Positions 8,223 through 17,511 of a stretch of DNA of 32,000 nt are shown one piece after another. Under the pieces are notes generated by a model. The model had not been told where the DNA came from. It saw only the letters and a program-made list of their open reading frames with translations, and searched no databases. Location: positions 480,001-512,000 of the forward strand of contig CP075337.1 of the NCBI GenBank assembly GCA_025349965.1. Direction: 5' to 3'. The DNA is from Candidatus Saccharimonadota bacterium (GTDB lineage: Bacteria > Patescibacteriota > Saccharimonadia > Saccharimonadales > Saccharimonadaceae). The position numbers and the translations under genes were made by a program. Each line of letters starts with the position of its first letter. The first letter of the stretch is position 1.

Positions 8223-8924
8223 TTGACCATGACAGCGGAACGCACGAAGACAACCTACACCAACCCAGATAGCACGGACGTCAACGTCTCGATCCACCCC
8301 AGCGCGAACATCGGCGACAATGTCACCATCGGCGAGGGGACTACCGTCGAGGCTGACGTTACGCTGCTCAACGGAACGTCCATCGGCAAGAAATGCATTA
8401 TCGGAAGAAGCGCATTCATCGCAGGCGGTCGAATCGGTGACGAAACCGTCGTCGGACACGACGCCATGGTCGCGAGGAACGTCCGCATTGGGCACAACTC
8501 CACCATCAAGTCGGATGCCGTCATTGGTACCGGCGCGGAAATCGGCAATGAGTCGATGATCGGCGAACGTGCGCAGCTCAGCTCGTACGTGCGCATCGAT
8601 TCCGATGTGACAATCGGGGCTCATTCCAGGCTCGGAACGCGAACTACCGTCTGCTTCGGTACGACCATCGGTTCGTTCTCGTCGCTCGACCACGACGTCT
8701 ACATCGCGAGCACGCGTGAAGATCCGTGTGAAATCGGAGATGGCGTCCACGTCGGCCAGAGCACGTACATCAATAAAGGCGTGCGTATCGACGATGGCGC
8801 TACTCTCGGTGCTCATGTGAGCGCAGGAGTCAACGCCAGCGTCGGCAAGAAGGCGCTGGTTTCGGCGAATACGACAATCGTCACCAAGAGCTCAGTCCCG
8901 GATGGTGCCGTCTTCAGTGGCTAA
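8223..8924 (+). CDS. Left-handed beta-helix (hexapeptide-repeat) protein, acyltransferase-like fold, function unknown
   Basis: More than 20 uninterrupted hexads: IGDNVT IGEGTT VEADVT LLNGTS IGKKCI IGRSAF ... IGHNST IKSDAV IGTGAE IGNESM IGERAQ. The start is TTG 8223 (8 nt after AAGGAGG) or ATG 8229; the track start GTG 8214 overlaps the SD. GC was about 62% in a hand-counted line. Confidence 0.8.
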   Translation: MTMTAERTKTTYTNPDSTDVNVSIHPSANIGDNVTIGEGTTVEADVTLLNGTSIGKKCIIGRSAFIAGGRIGDETVVGHDAMVARNVRIGHNSTIKSDAVIGTGAEIGNESMIGERAQLSSYVRIDSDVTIGAHSRLGTRTTVCFGTTIGSFSSLDHDVYIASTREDPCEIGDGVHVGQSTYINKGVRIDDGATLGAHVSAGVNASVGKKALVSANTTIVTKSSVPDGAVFSG

Positions 8925-8940
8925 CCCCACTGCACAGGAG

Positions 8941-8975
8941 ATACCCCTCCGTGTGGTGGGGTATTTTCTTTCTCT
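8941..8975 (+). terminator. Hairpin plus T-rich tract after the hexapeptide-repeat gene
   Basis: ATACCCC (8941..8947), a 10-nt loop, GGGGTAT (8958..8964), then tttctttctct. Confidence 0.55.
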
Positions 8976-8996
8976 AAATGGTATATACTAGCTACT

Positions 8997-9731
8997 ATGA
9001 CCCGAAAAATTGCAGTATTTGATATCGACGGTACATTATTTCGGAGTGGGCTGTACCGTGAAGTGTTTTACGAACTTTATAAAATGGGTGTACTTCCCAA
9101 TGACTTAACGGAGCAAACCACAGAAAAGCATCGCGAATGGCGCCACCGTGTGCATGGCAATGCCTTTGAAGAGTTTGAGCGTATTATGGTTGCTGGGCTT
9201 GATTCTTACCTTCCGCGCCTGCGCATTGCAGATTACGAAGAAGCGGTGAAGCGCGTTTTGGACAAAAAGGCAGAAAATATCTACGTCTATACTACACGTC
9301 TGCTGAAGAAACTTCAGGACGAAGGCTATTTTACTGTGGCAATCAGCGGCTCGCAACAAGACCTCGTAGAACCGTTTGCAAAACGCTACAACTTTGATGA
9401 TTGGATTGGACAAGAGTGGGAGCGTGGCGAAGAATACTTCACCGGAACACGCACCGTTACTCACACCGGTAAGGATAAACTCCTTCGCCAGATGCTTGAA
9501 AAGCACAACCTCACCCTTGAAGGAAGCTATGCAGTAGGGGACAGTAATGGTGATAGCGGCATGCTTGCGATTGTTGATAATCCTGTCGCGTTTAACCCAA
9601 CCAACGAACTTCTGGAAAAAGCACTCGCCAACGGTTGGAAAATTGTGATTGAACGTAAAAACATTAGCTACGAGCTAGAGGGGAAGAGTAGTGCAGAACC
9701 ATTCGTATTGGCGCACACAAACGCCTACTAA
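8997..9731 (+). CDS. HAD-superfamily hydrolase (subfamily IB / phosphoserine-phosphatase-like)
   Basis: FDIDGTLF (DxDxT motif), ISGS, K at TGKDK, and GDSNGDSGML. TATACT at 8984..8989 ends 7 nt before the ATG. Confidence 0.85.
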   Translation: MTRKIAVFDIDGTLFRSGLYREVFYELYKMGVLPNDLTEQTTEKHREWRHRVHGNAFEEFERIMVAGLDSYLPRLRIADYEEAVKRVLDKKAENIYVYTTRLLKKLQDEGYFTVAISGSQQDLVEPFAKRYNFDDWIGQEWERGEEYFTGTRTVTHTGKDKLLRQMLEKHNLTLEGSYAVGDSNGDSGMLAIVDNPVAFNPTNELLEKALANGWKIVIERKNISYELEGKSSAEPFVLAHTNAY

Positions 9732-10479
9732 AGCACTCTTTCCAGATATTGAGTGGAGTAAACCCGAACAGCGTTCGCATGCCGGGCGTCTTGGTATTAT
9801 TGGCGGCAATAAGCTTGGCTTCGCCGGTGTTGCCGAAGCCTATGGTGTTAGCCTTTCTACTGGAGTTGGGGAAGCACGTGCACTCCTGCCGGATGCACTA
9901 AAGACCACTCTCCCAAAAACAATTCTTGATACCCGTTTTGCGCCAACAAATGTTTCAGGCAGTCTCTCTAAAGAAGCGCTCCCGACCATGCAAGCACTCG
10001 GCGCCTGGGCGCAGAGCGTACTCTTGATTGGAGATGCCGGACGCAGCAGCGAAACCGCCATTGTCTACGAAGAATTTGTTAAAACCTATACCGGCCAGCT
10101 CGTCATTACACGAGATGCCGTTGATCTCGTCAAAAACTCCGCCAACGTCCTTCTTGAACGTCCCGATACACTCCTCGTCGTTTCGTTCGCGCAACTCCAA
10201 AAGCTCTTTCAGTCTGTCTATTACCCAAAGGTGCTCACATTTAGCATGCAACTGACAAATCTTGTTGAAGCGCTTCATAAATTCACTATTACATACCCCG
10301 TTAGTATCGCTGTTCTTCACCGCGATACACTCATCGTTGCGTCAAATGGTGAAGTCACCTCAACTGCCTGGGAAAACCCAATGGCAATTTGGCGTGGCAC
10401 AATTGCCGCTAAAGCTGCGGCATATTGGCTCTGGAATCCAGCCAAGCCCCTTGAGGCAATCACGACGAGTCTTATCTAG
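9691..10479 (+). CDS. YjeF C-terminal/carbohydrate-kinase-like protein (possible NAD(P)H-hydrate dehydratase homolog, divergent)
   Basis: GRLGIIGGNKLGFAGVAEAYGVSLSTGVGEARALLP resembles the GGS..Y.GA...AA.R.GAG motif of YjeF_C. The C-terminal GDxL motif is not evident. GTG start is preceded by GAGGGGAAGAG and overlaps the HAD gene by 41 nt. Confidence 0.5.
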   Translation: MQNHSYWRTQTPTKALFPDIEWSKPEQRSHAGRLGIIGGNKLGFAGVAEAYGVSLSTGVGEARALLPDALKTTLPKTILDTRFAPTNVSGSLSKEALPTMQALGAWAQSVLLIGDAGRSSETAIVYEEFVKTYTGQLVITRDAVDLVKNSANVLLERPDTLLVVSFAQLQKLFQSVYYPKVLTFSMQLTNLVEALHKFTITYPVSIAVLHRDTLIVASNGEVTSTAWENPMAIWRGTIAAKAAAYWLWNPAKPLEAITTSLI

Positions 10480-10492
10480 CACCCGCTAATTG

Positions 10493-10501
10493 TGCTATAC
10501 T
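10493..10501 (+). promoter_or_regulatory. Extended -10 box TGcTATACT upstream of tRNA-Leu
   Basis: Read directly, 22 nt upstream of the tRNA 5' end. Confidence 0.5.
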
Positions 10502-10523
10502 ATGACTTGCGTTACACACCTAT

Positions 10524-10610
10524 GCCGCGGTGGTGGAATTGGTAGACACGCGAGACTCAAAATTTCGTGTCCTTACGGACGTGCCGGTTCGATTCCGGCT
10601 CGCGGTACCA
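10524..10610 (+). tRNA. tRNA-Leu (anticodon CAA), type II with long variable arm, CCA encoded
   Basis: Folded by hand. Acceptor GCCGCGG/TCGCGGT, D stem GTG/CAC, anticodon stem CGAGA/TTTCG with loop CTCAAAA, variable arm GTCC-ttac-GGAC, T arm GCCGG-TTCGATT-CCGGC, then A-CCA. Confidence 0.95.
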
Positions 10611-10620
10611 GATAGTAATT

Positions 10621-10647
10621 AAATCGTCTTTTTAGGCGATTTTTTTA
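10621..10647 (+). terminator. Intrinsic terminator after tRNA-Leu
   Basis: AAATCGTC-ttttta-GGCGATTT hairpin followed by ttttt. Confidence 0.55.
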
Positions 10648-10829
10648 ATTCAACAGATAATAGACAGGGCATGTAGCATACAGACACAACGCTCTCAAAA
10701 TATATAAAATGCATACATACCTTATATATTTTGAGCATTACCCAGTACAAGCAAGAGCAAGAAGGTTACCCTGAGACAAAAAACGCAAACTATTGTACAA
10801 TAAAAGGGAAAGAATACAGATTAAAGTAT

Positions 10830-12203
10830 ATGAATCCTAATAGTCAAAGCCAGGGTGGGGGCTTCACAGGAGCGCCGAATAATCAGACTCCTGTTCAGCC
10901 AGCCCAGCAGAACCCCCAAACGCAATCTTCTGCAGCTCCCGCACAGCGTGAAGCAACTATTAATGTGTTGCGCACTCAAATCGACTCACTTTACGGCGAC
11001 AACCCTGTCACAGACCAGCAGGCTGTTCATGCCGCACAGGCCCAACAAACACATGCACCGACCCAGCAAAACACTCAGCCTCAACAGGTGGCAGCTGCAC
11101 ACAGCGTACTTGATCAAACCGCACTTCAGCAGAATCTCGACGATGCCAGCAACCCGTACAACCGCTCCATAGGTGACTCTCAAAAGCAGACTTCAATCGA
11201 TCCAAAACAATGGAAAGACTACCATTCAGCATGGCAAGATTATTACCAAAAATACTACGCCGCCTATTACGCACACCAGGATGCACAAAAAGAACAGCGC
11301 AAAAAAGACGTGTCCCAGGCGCTTGAGCAGAGTACCGAGCAAACACAGCCGCAAGCAATCGGCTCCGCACCACTAGAACAGCCGCAGGCAGCACCTCAAG
11401 AAAGTGCCGAAGATATCTCCAAGGCGCAAGCAATGCAAGAACTGCGCAATCGTCTCTTGGGCAAGGTTAAAGACCGTGCCCAGAAGGTGCGCAAAAGCCG
11501 CCACTTTATGCCCATTGCAGCCGCGCTTGTCGTTATTCTTATTTTCGTATTCATTCAATACAACCGGGTCTTCATAGCAACCGTAAACGCATATGTATCT
11601 CCAGGCTCCATCGACCCACAAAATATTGTCATCAACCCTGCTAGCAACGGAGTTGTTGGTGAAGAATCTCGGCTTATTATTCCAAAAATTAATGTTGACG
11701 TACCCGTTCTGTACGACGTCGGCGCTGACCATAACTCACAAATGGATGCCATGGAGAAGGGGGTTGCTCACTTTGCAATCCCTGGCGCTAAAAGCCATCC
11801 CGGTGAAAAAGGAAATACCGTTCTTTCTGGTCACAGTAGCAACGACCTCTTCGATAAGGGTGATTACAAGTTTATTTTCGCACAACTCGATAAACTCACC
11901 GACGGTGATACAATCTACGCTAACTACAAGGGTAAGCGCTATACGTACGTTGTAACACGAACGGAAGTCGTAAAGCCAACGCAAGTAGATAAGCTCGTAT
12001 ACCCAACTGACAAGCCAATTATGACACTTATTACCTGTACTCCACTTGGTACATCTCTTAACCGACTCCTCGTTACTGCGGAGCAAATAAGTCCAGACCC
12101 AGCTGAAGCGACCACAGCACCCGCTACAGGAGATACAGAAGCAGAAGCGCCAATGCCAGGCAACTCGGCAACCCTCCTTGAGCGTCTATTTGGGCGTCGT
12201 TAA
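10830..12203 (+). CDS. Sortase (transpeptidase) with Gln/Pro-rich N-terminal region and a single TM anchor
   Basis: TM FMPIAAALVVILIFVFIQY. Catalytic triad context VLSGHS (His), TLITCTP (Cys) and NRLLV (Arg). I prefer ATG 10830 (MNPNSQSQ...) to the TTG at 10731, which lies inside an AT-rich inverted repeat. Confidence 0.85.
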   Translation: MNPNSQSQGGGFTGAPNNQTPVQPAQQNPQTQSSAAPAQREATINVLRTQIDSLYGDNPVTDQQAVHAAQAQQTHAPTQQNTQPQQVAAAHSVLDQTALQQNLDDASNPYNRSIGDSQKQTSIDPKQWKDYHSAWQDYYQKYYAAYYAHQDAQKEQRKKDVSQALEQSTEQTQPQAIGSAPLEQPQAAPQESAEDISKAQAMQELRNRLLGKVKDRAQKVRKSRHFMPIAAALVVILIFVFIQYNRVFIATVNAYVSPGSIDPQNIVINPASNGVVGEESRLIIPKINVDVPVLYDVGADHNSQMDAMEKGVAHFAIPGAKSHPGEKGNTVLSGHSSNDLFDKGDYKFIFAQLDKLTDGDTIYANYKGKRYTYVVTRTEVVKPTQVDKLVYPTDKPIMTLITCTPLGTSLNRLLVTAEQISPDPAEATTAPATGDTEAEAPMPGNSATLLERLFGRR

Positions 12204-12218
12204 GTAGATAATAAATCT

Positions 12219-13676
12219 TTACTCAAGAATCATGCGCACGCGCTGTAAACCAAGGCCCTTGTCGGTCTTAGCAACGGCATACATAAAGCGGCCATTTTGG
12301 CTAAGTGTCGCATCAAATCCGACGGCAACTGGCATAATAGCTTGGGTATTCGTACCATCAAAATCACGCATACGAAGAGTGTCACTCGCGTCAGTCCATA
12401 GATGAGCTGCATCAAGCCAAAGAAGCGGTCGAGATGTGTCCCGTGTTGCAGTTGAGCTCCGCTTATACTCAATCTCATATGTCGCAAGTTGACCACCCGC
12501 TTGTGCAGCCACATACTCGCCACTTGGGCTAAACGAAAGCACGTCTACCGTCTGCGCCGTAGAAAAGGTAGCGAATTGCTTAAGGCTCGCAATAGTGCTT
12601 TGCGCCTGAGCGCTCGGATACGCGCCCTTGAGGACTGTTACGCGGCTACCTTCGGCAATTGCTACATAATCACTGCCAAAGTACTCGCTGGTAGCAATAG
12701 AAAGTGGCACATCTTTCTTAACTTCACGAAGTACACTTGATGCCTCATCACCATCACGGTACACGCCCACCAAATGGGTTTCTGGCTTATCTGGATTTGT
12801 ACCATTGTATACAAGTACCTTTGTTGAATACATCTGGAATCGCTCAACATTCGTCACGAATGCGCGAGACATACTTCCAGCACCCAAATCAAGCTTACGA
12901 ATCACGCCATCGTTCGTTAAGCCGTAAAGGGAGGAGCCATTAGTGCCTGCGAATTGTAAGTCCTTAAAATCGACGTTGAGAAGGCGAGTCACGTTCACTG
13001 AACGGGCTACATCCTGGGTATCAAGCACAATCCATTCGCGCTTACCTGAAAATTCATGACTAATGAGCACGTGTCGACTTGGTGTATTCCAGCGAACAAT
13101 ACTAAAGACGTGCCCAGCATCGGCTACGTCCGGTTCGCTATACAGCGTCGTTGGAAGTGTAAGTAGCTGGCTCTTTACTGTTTCGGAGCGAAGGTCGATA
13201 GAATGAAATGATGGATCGTGGGCAGCCTCATGCGCAACAGCCCATTTAAGATCAGGTGAAAATTCTAGCTGCGTCAAAGCACCATACTGCGCCACAGTTT
13301 GAGGCTTTCGCTCTGTCGGCACGAGACGAGTGTAATTAAGCCATGTGAGCGTACCCGGTTCAATTGTGAGTGTTCGAGACCAATCTTCGTACCCAGCCTT
13401 CTTCATAACAACAGTGTGTGTCCCAGCCACAACAGCCTGCTTAGTTGCCGTCCTTCCGCCAACCTGTCGGTCATCCACATATACATCAGCGCCATTTGGC
13501 CGTGAGTCAAACTGGAGCAGTGCACCTTGCTGCAGTGTGCCATTATTGCTATTAAGGCGATAGCCCAGCATTGAGAGGACTGCAATCGTTACGATAATAG
13601 CAACCGCCGCCGTTGCTAAAGATGAGAGAATAACGCGACGAATAATAAATTGTTTACGGGTAGGTTTCTTAAACAT
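12219..13676 (-). CDS. PEGA domain-containing membrane-anchored protein with C-terminal beta-propeller-like region
   Basis: N-terminal TM ILSSLATAAVAIIVTIAVL. PEGA-like FDSRPNGADVYVDDRQVGGRTATKQAVVAGTHTVVMKKAGYEDW. TGgTATACT (13694..13686, minus strand) lies 9 nt upstream of the ATG. Confidence 0.75.
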   Translation of the reverse strand: MFKKPTRKQFIIRRVILSSLATAAVAIIVTIAVLSMLGYRLNSNNGTLQQGALLQFDSRPNGADVYVDDRQVGGRTATKQAVVAGTHTVVMKKAGYEDWSRTLTIEPGTLTWLNYTRLVPTERKPQTVAQYGALTQLEFSPDLKWAVAHEAAHDPSFHSIDLRSETVKSQLLTLPTTLYSEPDVADAGHVFSIVRWNTPSRHVLISHEFSGKREWIVLDTQDVARSVNVTRLLNVDFKDLQFAGTNGSSLYGLTNDGVIRKLDLGAGSMSRAFVTNVERFQMYSTKVLVYNGTNPDKPETHLVGVYRDGDEASSVLREVKKDVPLSIATSEYFGSDYVAIAEGSRVTVLKGAYPSAQAQSTIASLKQFATFSTAQTVDVLSFSPSGEYVAAQAGGQLATYEIEYKRSSTATRDTSRPLLWLDAAHLWTDASDTLRMRDFDGTNTQAIMPVAVGFDATLSQNGRFMYAVAKTDKGLGLQRVRMILE

Positions 13677-13838
13677 TCTCTAAAGAGTATACCAAATTAC
13701 GGTGAAAATTCCCTTAAAACATGAATCAGGCTTGCATAAGCACGATAATCGCACTACTATAGAAGATAAGTAATTGGTGGGTACGTCTTTACTCCTACTA
13801 TTTATAGAACTGTGAAACCTGCGAGGAATCAACATACA

Positions 13839-14939
13839 ATGGCATCAAACAACACCATCACAATTAATGGGCGCGAGTACGACGCAAAGACGGGCCTTCC
13901 TGTCGCATCAACCGGAGCGCCACGCCCCGAAGCGGCTCGCCCTAAAACAGCGAGCCGACCAGCGGCAAAGCGCCCAGCGCCTGTGGCAAGCCCTAAGACT
14001 CCAGCCTCGGCCCGAGGCGTTCAGGCTGCGAAGGCTGTTCACAGCTCAGCCCCAAAGCGCTCTGAAACACTTCGGAGGCAGGCGGTTAAAAAACCTGTTG
14101 CACCCACAAAAGTAGTACGCAAAACTAAACCATCTGGCACTCGCCACATGGATATTGCTCGAAGTACTCAAGTAACAAAGTTTGCACCGCACCCTGAAGC
14201 TGCCGTTGCAAAAAAAGCACCGACATCCGCAGCGACGCATATCCGCCCAGCACAAACTAAGAAAGCGGTGCAGGCAGATGCACCAGCCGTAGCACACCCT
14301 ATCGCACGAAGGGCAGTTCTTAAGCAGGCTCAGACAAAAACAAAACCTGTAGCAAAGACTGTCAGCGCCAAAGAGGTAAAGGAAGCACAAATTAAAAAGG
14401 CTCTCTCTGCGAAAGCAGTACCTCAATCCAAGAAGCAGACAAAAGTAGCAAAGCAAAGCAGCAAAAAGAAAGCACCTTCACTCTGGAAGAAGCGCACCAT
14501 CATCCTTACAGGAATTGCCGTCGTCGCACTTCTTGCAGTACTCGCAGCGACCCACATCTTCCCGGGACTTAGTGTACAAGTTGCCTCAATCCAGTCCGGC
14601 GTTAATGCATCATATCCAAAGTACATTCCTGACGGATATTCACTCTCACAGCCAATCCGAACCGGTGACGGAAAAATTGCCATCACCTTCAAATCAAACA
14701 GCAACGACACAAGCTATACACTCACGCAGTCAAGTAGCTCATGGGATTCAACCGCCGTTCTTGATAATCTCGTTAAAAAGGAAGCGGATAATAATTACGT
14801 CACTACACGCGAGCGCGGACTCACTATCTACACCTACCAAACCCATGCGGCATGGGTAAACGGTGGCATCCTCTACACCATCAATGGCAGCGCCGATCTT
14901 TCGGGTGACCAAATCCGCAAAATCGCTACGAGTTTATAG
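13839..14939 (+). CDS. Membrane-anchored protein: Lys/Ala/Pro-rich N-terminal tail, one TM, DUF4367-like C-terminal domain
   Basis: I prefer ATG 13839 because GAGGA lies about 10 nt upstream. TM IILTGIAVVALLAVLAATHIF. C-terminal PKYIPDGYSLSQPIRTGDGKIAITFKS...LTQSS pattern. The domain call is from memory, not from a search. Confidence 0.65.
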   Translation: MASNNTITINGREYDAKTGLPVASTGAPRPEAARPKTASRPAAKRPAPVASPKTPASARGVQAAKAVHSSAPKRSETLRRQAVKKPVAPTKVVRKTKPSGTRHMDIARSTQVTKFAPHPEAAVAKKAPTSAATHIRPAQTKKAVQADAPAVAHPIARRAVLKQAQTKTKPVAKTVSAKEVKEAQIKKALSAKAVPQSKKQTKVAKQSSKKKAPSLWKKRTIILTGIAVVALLAVLAATHIFPGLSVQVASIQSGVNASYPKYIPDGYSLSQPIRTGDGKIAITFKSNSNDTSYTLTQSSSSWDSTAVLDNLVKKEADNNYVTTRERGLTIYTYQTHAAWVNGGILYTINGSADLSGDQIRKIATSL

Positions 14940-14990
14940 GGCTTACTCCTTCTCCACCCCTAGAGAAGTGTGTTATAATAAGAGATAATT

Positions 14991-16442
14991 ATGACATCAA
15001 TTCGCACTCGATTCGCACCAAGTCCAACTGGCTTCATGCATGTAGGTGGTGTTCGCACCGCCTTATTTGCTTGGCTCTTGGCTCAGCAAAGTAAAAAAAT
15101 AAATGGCGAAGGTACGTTTATTCTTCGTATTGAGGATACTGACAAAGTCCGCGAAGTCGAAGGAAGCATCCAGCAAATTGAAAACAGCCTTAAGTGGCTT
15201 GGGATTAGCTGGGATGAAGGCGTAGACCAGGGTGGACCAGACGCACCTTACAAGCAGTCAGAACGTCTTGCCATTTACAAAGAATGGGCTCAGAGGCTTA
15301 TTGATGCGGGACGTGCCTACGCAGACCCATACACACCAGCCGAGCTGGAGGCATTCCGTGAACAGGCAAAAGCAGAGAAGCGTCCGTTCCTTTACCGCAA
15401 TCATCGCCCAGAAAACCCGCCAACATGGGACGGCACTCAGCCACTTCGTTTTAAATCCGACCCGAAGCCATACCAATGGACCGATGCCGTTATGGGCAAC
15501 CTCTCAACTGGAGAGGACGCTATTGATGATTTCATTCTCATCAAGAGTGATGGCTATCCAACTTACAACTTCTGTCACATTGTTGATGACGCTATCATGG
15601 GTGTAACACACGTCCTCCGTAGCCAAGAGTTCATCAGCAGTACACCAAAATTTTTAAATCTTTATGAAGCACTTGAAGTCGAACGTCCAACGCTCGCAAC
15701 ACTTCCTTTTGTTATGGCGATTGACGGCAAGAAGAAGCTTGGTAAGCGTGACGGTGCTAAGGATATTCTTGAATATGCCAAAGAAGGGTATCTCCCAGAG
15801 GCAATGGCAAACTTCCTCGCAACACTTGGCTGGAACGATGGCACGGAACAAGAGGTATTTACCGTTCAAGAGCTTATTGACGCTTTTACACTAAGTCGTG
15901 TACAAAAAAGCCCTGCGCGCTTCGACGAACAGCGCCTCCTCTGGCTCAATGGTCAGCACATTCGCGCACTTAGCCTTGACGATCTCTATGCTCGCGTGGA
16001 AGATTTCTGGCCTGTTGTGGCCAAAAATACAGACGAAGCACACAAGAAGCAGGTGCTCGCACTCGTGCAAGATCGCCTTAAGACACTTGCAGACCTTCCA
16101 ATTCTTACGGAGTATTTCTTCACCGAGCCATCGCCGGACTGGGAGATGGTTTCGACTAACAAGCAACTCAAAAAGCTTAATCAAGAAGAAATTGTTACGC
16201 TCCTTGCAGCGACAAAGGCTGTTATCGCAGACATACCAGAGTCTGATTTTGTGGCGGAAAATATTCAAGATACACTTAATCAACTCCTCGAAACAACAGG
16301 GCAGAAGCCAGGCATTCTTTTCAGCCTTATCCGCCTTGCAGTTTCATGGGCGCCATTTAGCCCAGCCCTCCATGATACGCTTGCGACACTTGGCAAAGAC
16401 ACCACGTTGCGACGACTCACCGAAAGCATAGAATCTCTTTAG
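14991..16442 (+). CDS. gltX: Glutamate--tRNA ligase
   Basis: RTRFAPSPTGFMHVGGVRTALF (HIGH-type motif), a KLGKRDG (KMSKS-like) region, and a class I GluRS layout. TGtTATAAT at 14971..14979. Confidence 0.95.
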   Translation: MTSIRTRFAPSPTGFMHVGGVRTALFAWLLAQQSKKINGEGTFILRIEDTDKVREVEGSIQQIENSLKWLGISWDEGVDQGGPDAPYKQSERLAIYKEWAQRLIDAGRAYADPYTPAELEAFREQAKAEKRPFLYRNHRPENPPTWDGTQPLRFKSDPKPYQWTDAVMGNLSTGEDAIDDFILIKSDGYPTYNFCHIVDDAIMGVTHVLRSQEFISSTPKFLNLYEALEVERPTLATLPFVMAIDGKKKLGKRDGAKDILEYAKEGYLPEAMANFLATLGWNDGTEQEVFTVQELIDAFTLSRVQKSPARFDEQRLLWLNGQHIRALSLDDLYARVEDFWPVVAKNTDEAHKKQVLALVQDRLKTLADLPILTEYFFTEPSPDWEMVSTNKQLKKLNQEEIVTLLAATKAVIADIPESDFVAENIQDTLNQLLETTGQKPGILFSLIRLAVSWAPFSPALHDTLATLGKDTTLRRLTESIESL

Positions 16443-16462
16443 AAAATCAAGCAAATACACAC

Positions 16463-17476
16463 ATGAAACTTACACGACATCACGCACTCCGTCTGTTCTC
16501 AAAACGCACAACGATATACATCATCGGTGTTCTCGCAGGCATCGTGATTGTGTCACAGTTTCTCCATGCAAACCACCTCAATGATCACGTGTCACAACTT
16601 GAATCCGAAATAGCGTATCAGCGCAAAGAGTTGGCCGGTGTACTCAGGGAGCGTTGCAGCACAAGCAAAATCAGAGAAAGCAACACGACACTTACATTTA
16701 CGATTCAAAGCTCCGGGGGCGAACGAAGCTATCATGTCCGAACGCCCGCACAGTACAGCTATAACTCTCGTACTCCAGCAGTAATTGTCTTTACGGGAAA
16801 GGGTGGGACTGGTGCAGAATTTGAGAGTATTGCGAAGTTTCAAGACAACTCAGTACTCTCTATTTACCCCGAGCCTCTCCGTGACGCCGACGGTATCACT
16901 TCGTGGCAAGGCGCACCGTACTCACCAAAGGGCGTCAGCGATGTCCGCTTTACTGCAGATATGATCCGTCAACTCACCACCGACTTCTGTATTGATGCGG
17001 ATAAAATCTATACCGTAGGCATGTCAAATGGCGGGGGAATTGCTTACCTTAGTTCGTGCTATCTTTCCGATACAATTGCCGCCACTGCATCCATCTCAGG
17101 CGCATATTATAAAAAGTTCCAAAACTGCCCCCACCAGGCGCGTCCGATGCCAACTCTCGCAGTTCACAGCCACTCCGACGTGCAAGTTCCTTATACGGGC
17201 AGCGTTCAGCGTCAGCTCATTCCAATTGAGACCTGGTCAGCCCAAAGGGCGAAGGACAATCATTGCAAACCCGACCCCAAGGTTCGCGAAGCTCGCACCT
17301 TCACCCTTACTGAATGGCAAGAATGTGAACAGGAAGCGAACGTGACACTCCTTGCACTCGAGGATAAACCTCATGGCTGGATGGCGCTCCCGGACATCAC
17401 CGCAGACCCAAATACACCCGACCAAGACCTTTCAGGTTTCATATGGGACTTCCTTCGTAAACACCGTCGCAACTAA
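16463..17476 (+). CDS. Secreted/anchored esterase, PHB-depolymerase/feruloyl-esterase (LpqC-like) family
   Basis: N-terminal TM IYIIGVLAGIVIVSQF. GMSNGG nucleophile motif, VIVFTGKGGTG, and a distal HS.D..VPY region. Confidence 0.65.
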   Translation: MKLTRHHALRLFSKRTTIYIIGVLAGIVIVSQFLHANHLNDHVSQLESEIAYQRKELAGVLRERCSTSKIRESNTTLTFTIQSSGGERSYHVRTPAQYSYNSRTPAVIVFTGKGGTGAEFESIAKFQDNSVLSIYPEPLRDADGITSWQGAPYSPKGVSDVRFTADMIRQLTTDFCIDADKIYTVGMSNGGGIAYLSSCYLSDTIAATASISGAYYKKFQNCPHQARPMPTLAVHSHSDVQVPYTGSVQRQLIPIETWSAQRAKDNHCKPDPKVREARTFTLTEWQECEQEANVTLLALEDKPHGWMALPDITADPNTPDQDLSGFIWDFLRKHRRN

Positions 17477-17496
17477 CAAAGCCGGGCAAGACCCTG

Positions 17497-17505
17497 TGCT
17501 ATACT
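17497..17505 (+). promoter_or_regulatory. Extended -10 box TGcTATACT, 6 nt upstream of ATG 17512 (leaderless-type)
   Basis: Read directly: tgtgctatact aagctt ATG. Confidence 0.55.
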
Positions 17506-17511
17506 AAGCTT

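Noticed and set aside
8130-8816. 228-aa minus-strand ORF overlapping the hexapeptide-repeat gene, plus nested ORFs 8255..8596 and 8320..8559.
   Set aside because: It is antisense to a gene with a clear hexad periodicity, a consensus promoter, an SD and a terminator. Long antisense ORFs are expected in GC-rich sequence.
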